Of a DNA stretch of 64,000 nt, positions 38,326-50,084 are shown piece by piece. Position 1 is the stretch's first letter. Every line of letters begins with the position of its first letter. The notes under the pieces were generated by a model that saw only the letters and a list, made by a program, of their open reading frames with translations, ran no database searches and was not told where the DNA came from. Location: positions 14,388,029 through 14,452,028 of the forward strand of contig MU054323.1 of the NCBI GenBank assembly GCA_013239625.1, in the 5' to 3' direction. The stretch comes from Lama guanicoe. Taxonomy: Eukaryota. The translations under genes were made by a program, and so were the position numbers.

Positions 38326-39334
38326 GGCCAAACTATCCTTCAAGATTATGAAAATAGTTAGATTGGTGTGATGTAACAGAGATTATGTTGAATTCAGCAA
38401 CATAATAAAACAACAGATTTATGATTTAATTTTTACTGTTGCTAAATGTATTTCTCTGAGTCAGATGGAGCAGTGGGATCAATAACAGATACACATAACT
38501 TTCTTTAGCAATTAGTTTTTTAAAGGGAAATACACTAATAAATGATGACCAGACTTGAGAGCGGAGGGACTAGGGAGGAGCTAGGCCTTTTGTAATTGAC
38601 AGGAGCCACAGCGGTGATGGTCGATGGATCAGGCAAGAGTAGCTGTATATAACTTTGCTTTATCAGAAGAAGCTTTGATGCCCAACTCAGTTACTTATGA
38701 TCTCCTTGTTGAAAAAAAGTCAAATAACTGAAATAGAGGCCTGGATCAGCAAATTTATGGTCTCACATGTATCAATAACATCTGATTCTTACCAATTAGA
38801 TCCCAATGTTCTTAGTATGATAATCTTCTACCTTGGGATGAGGAATGAACAGTGATATAATGAAGATATTTGGGCCAATTCCATGTATTCTTTTAAAATA
38901 TTTTTCATTTATTCACTGCACCTACCCCTTACTTTCTAATTAGACATCTGGTGGTTACAGGTGCTTAATTTAGTTAAAATGATCAAGTGGTCCAGGAAAC
39001 AATAAAATTGGCTGTCTATCCATGGATTTAGCCCAGAAGGTATTCTGCAGTATTTTTTCTGCATTATTTTTAGTATCAAGTTCATGCTGATTCATACAAT
39101 GTTTAACACACTAACTCTTACATTGTGGAATATCTATAAATGTTCTTTGAATGAGTATAAATTCTAGCATGGGTTAATTTAAAGTACTACCCTCTTTGTT
39201 GAATTTTGCCTGATCAGAATTCTTAAGCAGGGTAAATATAAGACTTACCATCATTATATGTCTAAACAAACAAACAAACAAAAAACTCCCTGAGAAAAGA
39301 GCCATAAATAGCTTCTTAGGCTTCTTGCTGTACA

Positions 39335-39550
39335 AAGTAGTGTAGTGGTTAAGATCACAAGCTTTAGAATCAAGCTGAACTGTGTTTGAATTCAAGATCT
39401 ACCATTCCTTATTGTGAGAATTTAGATATATTACTCAAATTCCTAGAGTCTTGTTTTCTTCATTTTTGAAGTGAGGTTAATAACATGTATTTCTAAGAAC
39501 TTCACGAGGACTGTCAGAGAAAAATGAATTAAAATGCCCATCCTTGGGAT
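39335..39550 (+). mobile_element. MIR SINE
   Basis: 'gtagtgtagtggttaagatcacaagctttagaatcaagctgaactgtgtttgaattc'. Confidence 0.72.
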
Positions 39551-39682
39551 CTTGCATTCTAAAGAAATAAGAGAGAATACTATCTCAAAGAACATAAAGT
39601 TCAAAAATCTGAAGAGTTCAAGTTGAATAGAATTCCTGAACCTCTGCTAATGTACCTTCTTGTTTTTTTACAGGGCTAAATG

Positions 39683-40185
39683 TATTACCAAGTCCAAGCT
39701 AATACTGCTTGCCACACAATAGGCCAATATATTGAGGGATGAAGTGCTGGGGCAAAGAATAACGACCGCATTTGGAAAACCAGGAGACCCAGATGATCGT
39801 GCCCCAGTGTCCCAAGAGCTGTCTTACCCAGGTTAGAATTCAAACTTCTTTTATACTAAAAGGGGAGAGGTTGCGATTTTCTTGTTGCCAAATACTTTGT
39901 TTTTGCAGCTGTCCACATAAGTCTTTTTAGAATGTTTTTATAAACATCCAGCAAGACAATTGTTACTTTCTATTTTGCAACTTTTCATTTCTATATGGAT
40001 GGAAAAGTGTTATATATTTAAAAGTCAAATCTGGGAGGCAGAGCACTGAGATAATTCAGGCTATAGGCAATATTCTTTTGCATAGGAGCAGAGCCCACAT
40101 GACTAAGCACAGGCAACAGAGCACAAAAGGTTAGAGCCAAAGGAATAGATCCAATATGGAGTCAGGTTTGTTCTTCTCTGGTACA
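39683..40185 (-). mobile_element. ERV1-class solo LTR (artiodactyl type)
   Basis: Begins 'tattaccaagtccaagctaatactgcttgcc', has a minus-strand TATA-like site ('cttttatact') and ends 'ccaatatggagtcagg...gtaca', a MER4/MER41-like terminus; ~500 bp. Confidence 0.75.
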
Positions 40186-41259
40186 AAAGTACCTTTTTGT
40201 TGGGCCCCTTGAAGATTCATTGCTATACCTTAAGTCATATATGATGCCATCCTGATAAAATAACCTAACTATTTCAGCAGTAAAAATAGTTCATTATCCC
40301 TTCTCATGCACCATCTGTAAGGCAAATCAAGCATGTTCTTGTGACAACCAAGATCTGAGTAGATCTTTTCTGAGAGTGGGAGAGGGCAGTAACATAGATT
40401 AGACAAGCGAATGCAGCCTTTCGGCCACTTTCATAACTCATGATCTCAAGATAAAATAATCTCATAATCTCAGACATGATAGGCAATGATGAGGTTTTCC
40501 TACCTTCTTTTGGACTGTGAACTCGCCTCTCTGGAGCTTATTCTGGATGTTTCCAGGCCCTTGTCCTCAAGAAAACTGAAGATTATGTTTTCATCTCTGA
40601 CATCATTTGATAAAAATATGCTCAATATACCAAGAGCTAGGGCTCTAATCCATAAAAAAAATCTTGTTCTTTCCAAATCTGTTTTCTACTTCTGTCATCA
40701 GAAATTGAATCTGTGAGTCTCTAGTTCACCTTGCACAAGATTTCTGCAAAGGAGGTATAGAGTTATTAATAACTAGCTTGTTCTTTCTCAAGAAAAATCT
40801 ACTAGGGATGATTTATGTGTTCCTCAGCTTTGTTTTTAAGCTTTATTTTATAAATAATAAAAAAACAAAACAACATCTATTCATGGATATACAGTGATAT
40901 GTGATCCCTTGGTCCACTGGAGTGCATTTTAAATATAAACATTTTCATTTATCTCAAAAGTATAACTTCCTTTCTTTTTTTTTCTTTTGGTGATATAATT
41001 ATCTTGATATTTGTAAAACAGCTCCTTAATCAAAATCAAACTTGATACCTGACTTTTAGGACACACTCAGATAAGAGTAACTGTTTTGTATTATTGTTTG
41101 TTGTTTTGGGTGACAAGGCATTAAATTAAAATAGTAATTTTCTAAGGAGATTTATAAAGAGTTCTCACTATCATACTAAGAGTAAACAAAACGAAACTTC
41201 AAAATGAAAAGAATAAAGAAGGGAAAGAGAAGGGAAGAAAACATCTTGACAATTCAGAT

Positions 41260-41440
41260 GCAAATTCGAAGTCAAGTTTGCCACTTATCAATACTTCAAT
41301 CTCAGTTTGATCCTCAGTAGCCTCAGCTATCTGCGTCTGTATCTCAGCTCTACTGTAGTGATTAGATGAAATAATTTAGATAAGCATTTACCACAGTGCC
41401 TAAGAAACACAAACCACCCAGGAAATCTTAGTTGCTTTTA
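41260..41440 (+). mobile_element. MIR fragment
   Basis: 'gtagtgattagatgaaataatttagataagcatttaccacagtgcct'. Confidence 0.55.
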
Positions 41441-42592
41441 TTTTGCCCCTCCCTCTTATCCTAGTCATGAGTGTGACACTGCAGAACTAGAGAAATACAT
41501 CTATAGAAGTTTGGGTTCCTTTTTATCCTAAATCAAAGTAATCCTTTTCAGTCTTGCTGAGGAAGGAGATAGCCAAATGAGATGAGCTCTACTTAAAATT
41601 TCATCCAGGAACAAGATGCCTAGAATGAATAAAATGAGTAAACAGCACCAATTAATTGGGGGCCAATTAACATTCTTTTCTGTTGAGATGCGTCATATGT
41701 GCATGAATAATGTTGAACCTCCGGGAGGGAGGTAAGGAGACAATTGTATTCCTAATGATAGGAATAGGGGAAGTTTCTTGGAGTTTAGAAAAATAACAGT
41801 TACCAATGACTTTTGAATTTAATTCTGTTGTTCCATTTATGCCCAAGTTAATGACAAATCTTAAACTTGGCCTGTGTATTTTTTTTACTTGAAAAAGCTG
41901 CTGGAGACCATCAGCTGCCATGGATGTCTTGATGTTGGGAACAGGATGTCTTATCAAATTATTTGTATTGGGCTCATCAGTATTAAGCTTAAAGTGAAAG
42001 AGTAGCCATAGGCAAGGAAGAGGCCAAAAAGGACCTTGGTCACTAAAAGCACAAAAAGGGCAGCACTGGTTTTAGAATCGTAGGCAGCTGCGGAGTACGT
42101 TCCTCTTACAGCAGAGCGCCAATCCCCTTCCCCTCAGTTATCCAGGGGCTGAATTTGGGAGGACAGGACCAGCCATATCCTTATGTAATTTCTTCAGTGG
42201 GTTTTGGAAACCCTGATGGCAAGAATTGACTGGGAAAGAAAGCAGTGTCTTCAGGACAGTAACCAGTGTTGGCTCCTCTTGGTACTGAGCCTCAGCAGCT
42301 TAACAGCAGGTGGGGCCATCAGCAAAATGGTGACATCTTACGTGAGGGTCAGTAGCCCCACTGCTTGAGGTGTAGGCTGGGAGAAACACAATACAGATTT
42401 GAATGAAGACAAGTGAAAAAGCAGATTTCAGATAGTGGGAGATTTTATAGCACATAGTGAGATCATTTGTGAGGACTTCTAGAACTCGATAGAAAACTTT
42501 GATTTGGGCTGAAATTCTCATGGAGCATGAAGGACTAGGCCTATGTAAATGCTGTTTGATACTCTTATTTTCATCCTTTCTTCTCAGACCTA

Positions 42593-43077
42593 TGTAGGAG
42601 AGGAAGAGAATTTCCAAGACCCTTTTAAGGTCCCTCCTTGGGTCTGAAAATTAAACTGACAAATGAACAAGAGAAAAGCCCACAAATGCATTTAATATGT
42701 TTTCTGTGACACGAGAGCCTTCATAAAGAATTGAGAAACAGAAGAAACAGGTACACCTGAGTATTTTTATGCTGGGTTTGATGAAGAGTGGACAGTAGCA
42801 GAGGAATGTGAGGGGTTAAGGAGCATGAGGTAAACTTAGCAAGGCCTGTTTGTTAGGATTTCTCTCAGTGTCCCTTTGTCTTTGGCGGTAAGGGGGTCCT
42901 CTGGGAATAGGGAGGATACTTTTCACAGGACAGTTTTATGACGTGTTTCAGGGAAGAAGGGCAGGGCAAGGTCAAACTAGCCTTCTTGCTTCTACTGTTT
43001 TCTCAGATTCCCTCAGGTTGCAGAATTTAATATACCAAGGTGCCATATTTTGGAATCATATGTCCTGAATTCCATCA
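42593..43077 (-). mobile_element. ERV1 solo LTR, MER34-like
   Basis: TG...CA termini; the end 'aatataccaaggtgccatattttggaatcatatgtcctgaattccatca' resembles the reverse complement of the MER34 start; 4-bp flanks ccta/tcta. Confidence 0.8.
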
Positions 43078-44178
43078 TCTAAATCTGACCCCTAGAATAA
43101 CTTAAAAAAAGAAAAACACTTAAGTGTATTATAGACTAAACTAGCCACATGACCTTTTAAGACTACACATAGATGTTCACAAGAAGTAGACATTTCTTTG
43201 AATTATTTATTACTTTGTTATATAAGATAAGAGAACAAAGTAGAGGAGACAGAAAAATTAATTAAAATAAATATTTTGAATTGTTATATTTTTGCTACTA
43301 TCCAACATCTTGCTCTTTAAAAGACTTCCAATACTAAATTTTACTTGGAAGAACTTAGTTAACATAAAGCTAGTGGCTGCACTGCCGGAAACATAGTTGC
43401 CTTACTTGGCAAGCAGCAAGTTACTGCTCTTTTAAGTATTCACCAAAAAGCATCGTTTGGAGTGAGTAAGTAATTGATGCTGCTTTTAAAACATGTTCTT
43501 AAATATATATTTTTAACACAAAGTCAACTATTATAAACTGGTATTTCCCTTCCTTTTGCAGAAATTGAAGTTCAAAAGATTGTCAGTTATTTTTAAGTTT
43601 CATGAAAGAAAATTCCTTGTACTGTTTTTAATAGAAAAGGCAGATGTTTCCCAAACTCAAAGCAGGCTAAACTGATTTTGTTGCAACATTTTCAGGCTAT
43701 AGTAACACACCTGAAATAATCAGTTTTACTTCTTTCCTTTAGTTAGTTTTTCCCAGTGATTTTGAACACATTAGTGTTCCTCTGCATAGTGTCTAGTGTT
43801 TCTATTGCTTTTGGTAGTTTGTTTGAAAATTACAAAAAGCCTGCCCCAGAGAATAAGGCAATAAATTTTAAAAATCAGAGGGTAAAAAATAGTATGTTCA
43901 CTGTTTTACTTCTTTAAAAATCTGTGATGTAGGGGAGAGAATACAGTGAATCATGGAGCCCAATCTATAAAATCAGGGCAGTGAGACCTGGTGAGAACCA
44001 TAAAAGATGCAGGAGTCATGTTATGGCCCAGATGTAAAGTGGATCCCTAATAAACCCTGTGAAATCTTGTGGTATCTGGGTCAGCTTGAACCTGTGACTA
44101 GAGTTTCAAGTTCATCACTTCAACTTTGTTTTCCTGTTAACTAGCACAATGATTAAGGGTCTAAAAATTGTTATTAAA

Positions 44179-45835
44179 CCTTTATCAGTTGCATCATTTG
44201 CAAATGTTTTCTCCCATTCCGTAGGTTGTCATTTTGTTTTACTTATGGTTTCCTTTGCTGTACAAAAACTGGTAAGTTTAATTAGGTCCCATTTGTTTAT
44301 TTTTGCTTTTATTTTATTGCCTGGGTAGACTGCCCTGGTGAACACTGCTAAGATTTATGTCAGAGAATGTTTTGCCTATGTTTTCTTCTGGGAGGTTTAT
44401 CATGTCTTGTCTTATATTTAAGTCTTTAAGCCATTTTGTTCTTTTTGTGTATGGTGAGAGGGAATATTCTAACTTCATTGATGTATGTGCTGCTGTCCAG
44501 TTTTCCCAACACCTCTTGCTGAAGAGACTCTTCTCCACTGTATATTCTTACCTCCTTTGTTGAAAATCAGTTGACTGTACTGTGGGTTTATTTCTGGGCT
44601 CTGTTTTGTTCCTTTGATCAATATGTCTGTTCTTGTGCCAGTACCACACTGTTTTGATTACCATAGCTCTGTAGTATTATCTGAAGTCTGGGAGGGTTAT
44701 TTCTTCAGCTTCATTCTTTTTCTTTAGTATTGCTTTGGCAATTCTGGGTCTTTTCTGATTCCATATAAATTTCAGGATTATTTGTTCTAGTTCTGTGAAA
44801 AATGTCATGGATAATTTGATAGGGATCACATTAAATCTGTACATTGCCTTGGGCAGTGTGAACATTTTAACAATGTTGATTCTTCCAACCCAAGAGCATG
44901 GTATATCTTTCCATTTCTTTAAGTCATCTTTAATTTCCTTAATCAGTGTTTTATAATTCTCCATGTATATCTTTCACCTTCTCAGTCATATTTATTCCTA
45001 AGTATTTTATTGTTTTGGGTGCAATTTTAAAAGAGATATTTCTTTTTTACTTTATTTTCCTGCTGTTTTATTGTTAGTGTAAAGAAATGAAACTGTTATC
45101 TGTATGTTAATCTTGTATCCTTTACCTTGCCAAATTCTTTTATCAGCTCTAGTCATTTTTGTGTGGAGCTTTTATGGTTTCTATATATAGAATCATGCCT
45201 TTCACATATAGAGACAATTTTATCTCTTCTCTTCCAGTTTGGATCCCTTTTATTTCTTTTTCTTGCCTGATTGCTGTGGCTAGGACTTCCAAGCCTGTGT
45301 TGAATAGAAATGGTAAAAGTGGATATTCTTGTCTTGTTCCTGACTTTGGTGGGAAGGCTTTCAGTTTTTCACCATTGAGTAGTATTCTGGCTATGGGTTT
45401 GTCATAAATAGCTTTTATTATGTTGTGATATGTTCCCTCTCTATCCACTTTGGTAAAAATTTTTGTCATAAATGGGTGTTGAATTTTATCAAATGCTTTT
45501 TTCTGCATCTATTGATCATGTTGTTTATGTTATTTCTGTTGTTGATGCGGTGTATCACATTGGTTGATTTGCATATGTAGAACCATGCTTGTGTCCCTGG
45601 GATGAATCCAACAGGATCATGGTGTATGACCTTTTTTATGTGCTATTGGATTCTGTTTGCTAACATTTTATTGAAGATTTTTGCATCTATGTTCATCAAT
45701 GATACTGGCCTGTAATTTTCTTTTTTGGTAGTGTCTTTGGTTTTGGTATCACAGTGAGGGTGGCTTCAGAGAATGAGTTTGGGAATAGTCCCTCCTTTTC
45801 AATCTTTTGTAGAGTTTGAGAAGATCAGTATGAGT
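44179..45835 (-). mobile_element. Inverted 5' segment of a twin-primed L1 (ORF2 reverse-transcriptase region, disabled)
   Basis: ORFs 45149-45508 ('[11 protein letters not shown]...[15 protein letters not shown]'), 44677-44964 ('[18 protein letters not shown]') and 44314-44538 are L1 ORF2 with frameshifts. Confidence 0.95.
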
Positions 45836-46790
45836 TAAAATGGGCAGAAGACCTAAACAAGCAATTCTCCAGTGAAGACATACAAATGGCCAATAGGTAC
45901 ATGAAGAAATGCTCAATATTGCTAATTATCAGAGAAATGCAAATCAAAATTACAATGAGGTATCACCTTACACGAGTCCCAATGACCATCATTCAAAAGT
46001 CCACAAACAATAGATACTGGAGAGGGAGTGGAGAAAAGGAACCCTCCTACACTGCTGGTAGGAATGTAGTTTGGTGTAGGCCATTATGGAAAACAGTATG
46101 GAGGTTCCACACAAAACTAAAAATAGACTTACCATATGATCCAGCAACCCCATTCCTAGACATATATCCAGAGGGAATTCTAATTTGAAAAGACAACTGT
46201 ACCCCAATGTTCATAGCAGCAGTATATACAATAGCCAATACATGGAAGCAACCTAAGTGTCCATTGACAGATGACTGGATAAGCAAGTTGTGGTATATTT
46301 ATACAATGGAATACTACTTGGCCATAAAAAAAGAATAAAATAATGCCATTTACAGCAACATGGATTGACCTAGACATCGTCATTCTAAGTGAAATAAGAC
46401 AGAAAGAGAAAGAGAAATACCATATGATCTCACTTACATGAAATCTAAAAAACAAGAAAAAAGAGGACACTAATGAACTCATCTACAAAACAGAAACAAA
46501 CTCGTAGACATAGTAAACAATCTTATGCTTACCTGGGGAAAGGGAATGGGAAAGGATAAATCTGGGAGTTTGAGATTTGCAAATGTTAACCACTATGTAT
46601 AAAAATAGTTAAAAACAAATTTCTTCTATATAGCACAGGGAACTATATTCAATATCTTGTAATAACCTTTAATGAGAGCATATGAAAATGAATATGTGTG
46701 TGTGTATATATATATATGCATGACTGCAACATTATGCTGTACACCAGAAATTGACACATTGTAGCTGACTATATTTCAATTAAAAAAAAG
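45836..46790 (+). mobile_element. Non-inverted 3' segment of the same L1 (ORF2 C-terminus, 3' UTR, A tail)
   Basis: ORF 45886-46188 '[29 protein letters not shown]'; tail 'tttcaattaaaaaaaag'; TSD aaaaattgttattaaa (44163-44178) / aagaattgtgattaaa (46791-46806). Confidence 0.95.
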
Positions 46791-46806
46791 AAGAATTGTG
46801 ATTAAA

Positions 46807-46992
46807 TCCTAGATTAGACCTTTAGTAGTTGCAGGTCCCCAAACTTGAAAGCGTGTTTCCTTATCTTTACAATGTGAATAAGAAAATATTAAGTAAATCT
46901 CCCAGGGTTGTTATAAGCTTTAGTTGAGTTTAATAGTAGAAAATGTTCAGCACAGTTGCTTGCACATTCAACTCTCAGGAAGTGTTAGCAAT
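46807..46992 (+). mobile_element. MIR, continuation of the fragment left of 44163
   Basis: 'gtttccttatctttacaatg...atctcccagggttgttataag...ttcagcacagttgcttgcacatt'. Confidence 0.65.
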
Positions 46993-47565
46993 TGTGATAA
47001 AGCAGGGATGGAAGTCAACACAGAGATAGTCTGCCTATTGTGGGATGTCTTAATGCCCATTGCCTCATTCTTGTGGGAGGATTTTCCCTTCTACTACGAC
47101 AGTATAGATAGCTTATCTCTCTCTGGGATGGCCAGTAATTTCATTAACCAAGAAAGGAAATATAAAAGAAAGAAATTTAGGTTTTACTTCTTTAGTTTTG
47201 AGGTGAAGAGGAATGAATTGAATGAAAAGTGTTGTCTTTGGCCATGTTATGTTGACAGTTCTTGCATGTGAGAGTAAAGGAAGAGCTCCGAGTTCCTAAA
47301 CTGAATGTTGCAAATGAATTCGATCACTTGAAAAAAAACTTTCTGTGGCAGCAATGCATTAAAAATGAATAGTAGCAATGAGAATCTACAAACATAAATA
47401 TTCTTTCAGTTTATAAATTGATTTTTCCGACATATTCTCTTTGAATTCCTATGGATACTCTTCTATTTAGATATTATTTCCATTCTTATTTAACAGATAA
47501 GAAAAAAAATGTGATTTAATATATTAAGTGACTAGTTTATTATCCCATAGCTAGGGCTTCTAGCT

Positions 47566-47670
47566 ATGTATGTGTACGTATATGCATATATACACACATA
47601 TATATGTACACATTTCACATGTGTATTATATGCTCACAGTCATACATATATATGAATATATAGATTAACC
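47566..47670. repeat. TA/CA-rich low-complexity tract
   Basis: Read directly. Confidence 0.7.
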
Positions 47671-48224
47671 ACACATGTATGAAATGAGACAATATATACT
47701 ATGTTTGCAACTATATTGAATGTATATACTGAATACTGGCAAATATGAACACAAAATTGGGATTAAAATGAAGCTGTTATAAAAATAAAGAATTCACATA
47801 TACAAATTATACTTAAAGAAAAAATTAATTGTTCTAGCTCCCTTTATTGAAATTATTTATAAAATTTTTGATATGTGATTCAGGTGAGTAAATAAATACA
47901 CTGCTCATCTAGGAGAAGATGACTTATTAGATTCATTTTATTCATATCTAATTTTCTCAAAGAATATAAGTAATTTTAACAAATTGAATTCATTACTTTA
48001 AATTGAATTAAAATGATTTCTTGCCTTTCTTCTGTGGAAGAGGTCACTGGGGTTTTCTTTCCTCTCAAATACAAGTTATGAATCCATTTTCTTTCTTCAG
48101 TTGATTATATGTGTAATGAAAGGCTTTGAACAGAGTTCAGAAAGCATCCCAAAAGAAAATTAATATTTAGACATTATTTAAGTGGAAGAAATGAAAATTT
48201 TGTGCTACACCACAAAATGAAAGT

Positions 48225-48420
48225 ACAGTTATTGAGCACTAATATATGAGATGCTTTCATTTATATTGCATAATTTAATCCTAACAACATAACAATATGG
48301 TAACTTATCATTTTTTGAAAATGAAGAAATCAAGTTACAGATAAGTTACTCACTGAGCATAGGATTGCACATAGTAAATGGCAATTTTGCCTTCAATTCC
48401 ATATTTTTCTGACTCCAAAG
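48225..48420 (-). mobile_element. MIR SINE
   Basis: 'ttattgagcactaatat...atttaatcctaacaac...aaatgaagaaatcaagttacagataagtta...tctgactccaaag'. Confidence 0.7.
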
Positions 48421-48699
48421 AACATGTTATTCTGTTTTACAAAATTACTAATTTCTTTTTTAATTGAAGTTGTCAACCCATAACCATTTTAATAAACCAA
48501 ACAGATGAAAGATTAACATTCTCAGGTGGCCACTTCTTTTTTCTTTCTGGGTTTCCCACTCTGAGTTCTCAGCTCTTTAAGAATTTCTGAGTGGGTGTTA
48601 CTCAATATTAACAATTTTTTTTTGGCAATTGGAGACAAAGCCCCCCCTTTAAGTTTAATTCTGCCCGTACCATTTATTAAGTTTATGACATTGGAAAAT

Positions 48700-49070
48700 T
48701 TAACAGATATCACTGAGCCTCAGTACTTCCAAATTGTGGTTATTTCCCAAGGAGTCCAGGTTTATCCATCAGTTTGTCTCATATCCACTGGGAGCTGCAT
48801 AATTCTTACATGCCTTGCCTGACTACACTGAAAAGAAGATTCATCTCCCCCTCCACAAAGGTGTATTATTTTTTATCTCACTCCTGGTATGTGTCATTGT
48901 ATAATGTACTACATTTTGAAATTCTTTCACTTATTTTGTTTATTTACTTTTTTTTTTCCGTGGAGTTAGGGACCATGTCTGTATGATCATTATTTTATGC
49001 CCAGTGCTTAGTACTTTTTCAGGCACGAAATCAATACTCAAAAGAATATTGACAGAATGGAGAAATGATT
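48700..49070 (+). mobile_element. L2 3' region
   Basis: 'ttagggaccatgtctgtatgatcattattttatgcccagtgcttagtac...tactcaaaagaatattgacagaatg'. Confidence 0.6.
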
Positions 49071-49339
49071 GAAGTTGCTGGTGTTTAGTTTGAGTCAAAT
49101 CAGAAAAGTAATAACATTAAAAGATCGTTTCCTTAATCTTATTCTGATTAGAATATGGCACGTATTATAACTCTTTGGTTTATAAGTGAAGTAGAACATT
49201 TGTGTTGATTTAGAGTGTTAAGATCTGTTATTTTCCTGATGTAAACCTGTTTCTTAATGGTGTGACCACACAAAATATTTCTAAGCATTCCATGAAAAAC
49301 TAAAATAAGCCAAAAAGTGATGTGTAATATTGTAAACTC

Positions 49340-49575
49340 TTTTTTTTACATTTTTTATTGATTCATAATCATTTTACAGTGTTGTGTCAAATTCCAGTGT
49401 TCAGCACAATTTTTCACTCATTCATGGACATATACACACTCATTGTCACATTTTTTTTCTCTGTGATTTATCATAACATTTTGTGTATATTTCCCTGTGC
49501 TATACAGTGTAATCTTGTTTATCTATTCTACAATTTTGAAATCCCAGTCTATCCCTTCCCACCCTCTACCCCCCC
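49340..49575 (-). mobile_element. Young camelid L1 3' end, 5'-truncated, with perfect 10-bp TSD
   Basis: TSD AAACTCTTTT at 49334-49343 and 49576-49585; body 'ttttttattgattcataatcattttacagtgttgtgtcaaattccagtg...ttccctgtgctatacagtg'. Confidence 0.9.
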
Positions 49576-50084
49576 AAACTCTTTTATGCATTTCTTAGAT
49601 GCATAAAGTAAAGAGAACAAAGAATAAAAAAGACACAAGTCCTGAATAAAACTTGTTATGGTGGATTGACACGGTCCTTTGAGAGTTTACTTCTAAACAA
49701 AACTAAGTAAACTCTTCAAGATATGATAACAGTGGAATGTTAAAAAATTTAACATTTTAGCATGCAGATTTTTTCTTATGTGCTTAACTGTTAAATGTCC
49801 TGAGAATTAGAAAGACAATTCTTTCAGCAACTATCATATATGAATCTTACATAATTTTATTAGATTTTTAAATGTTTACTATGTTATTTGTCTAATAATG
49901 ACTATTAAATAATATTTTCACATAAATACAAAGTAAATCATATTACTTCTTCATAAAATAATGTTAAATAATTTTTGCCTATTCATACAGGCTGCTATAA
50001 TTCTATTTTAATTACTATTTAAATATATTTACACATAGTCACTGAGACTTCCCTGAGTTTAGTGTTACTACCATTCAGAAGCCA

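Noticed and set aside
44314..46188. ORFs resembling a reverse transcriptase gene
   Set aside because: They are frameshifted fragments of LINE-1 ORF2, not a functional gene or a novel RT system.
47839..47889. Plus-strand 45-nt exon-like unit ending CAG|GTGAGT
   Set aside because: Very AT-rich with a short pyrimidine tract and no supporting neighbouring exons; isolated donors like this (also at ~3983 and ~15554) are expected by chance.
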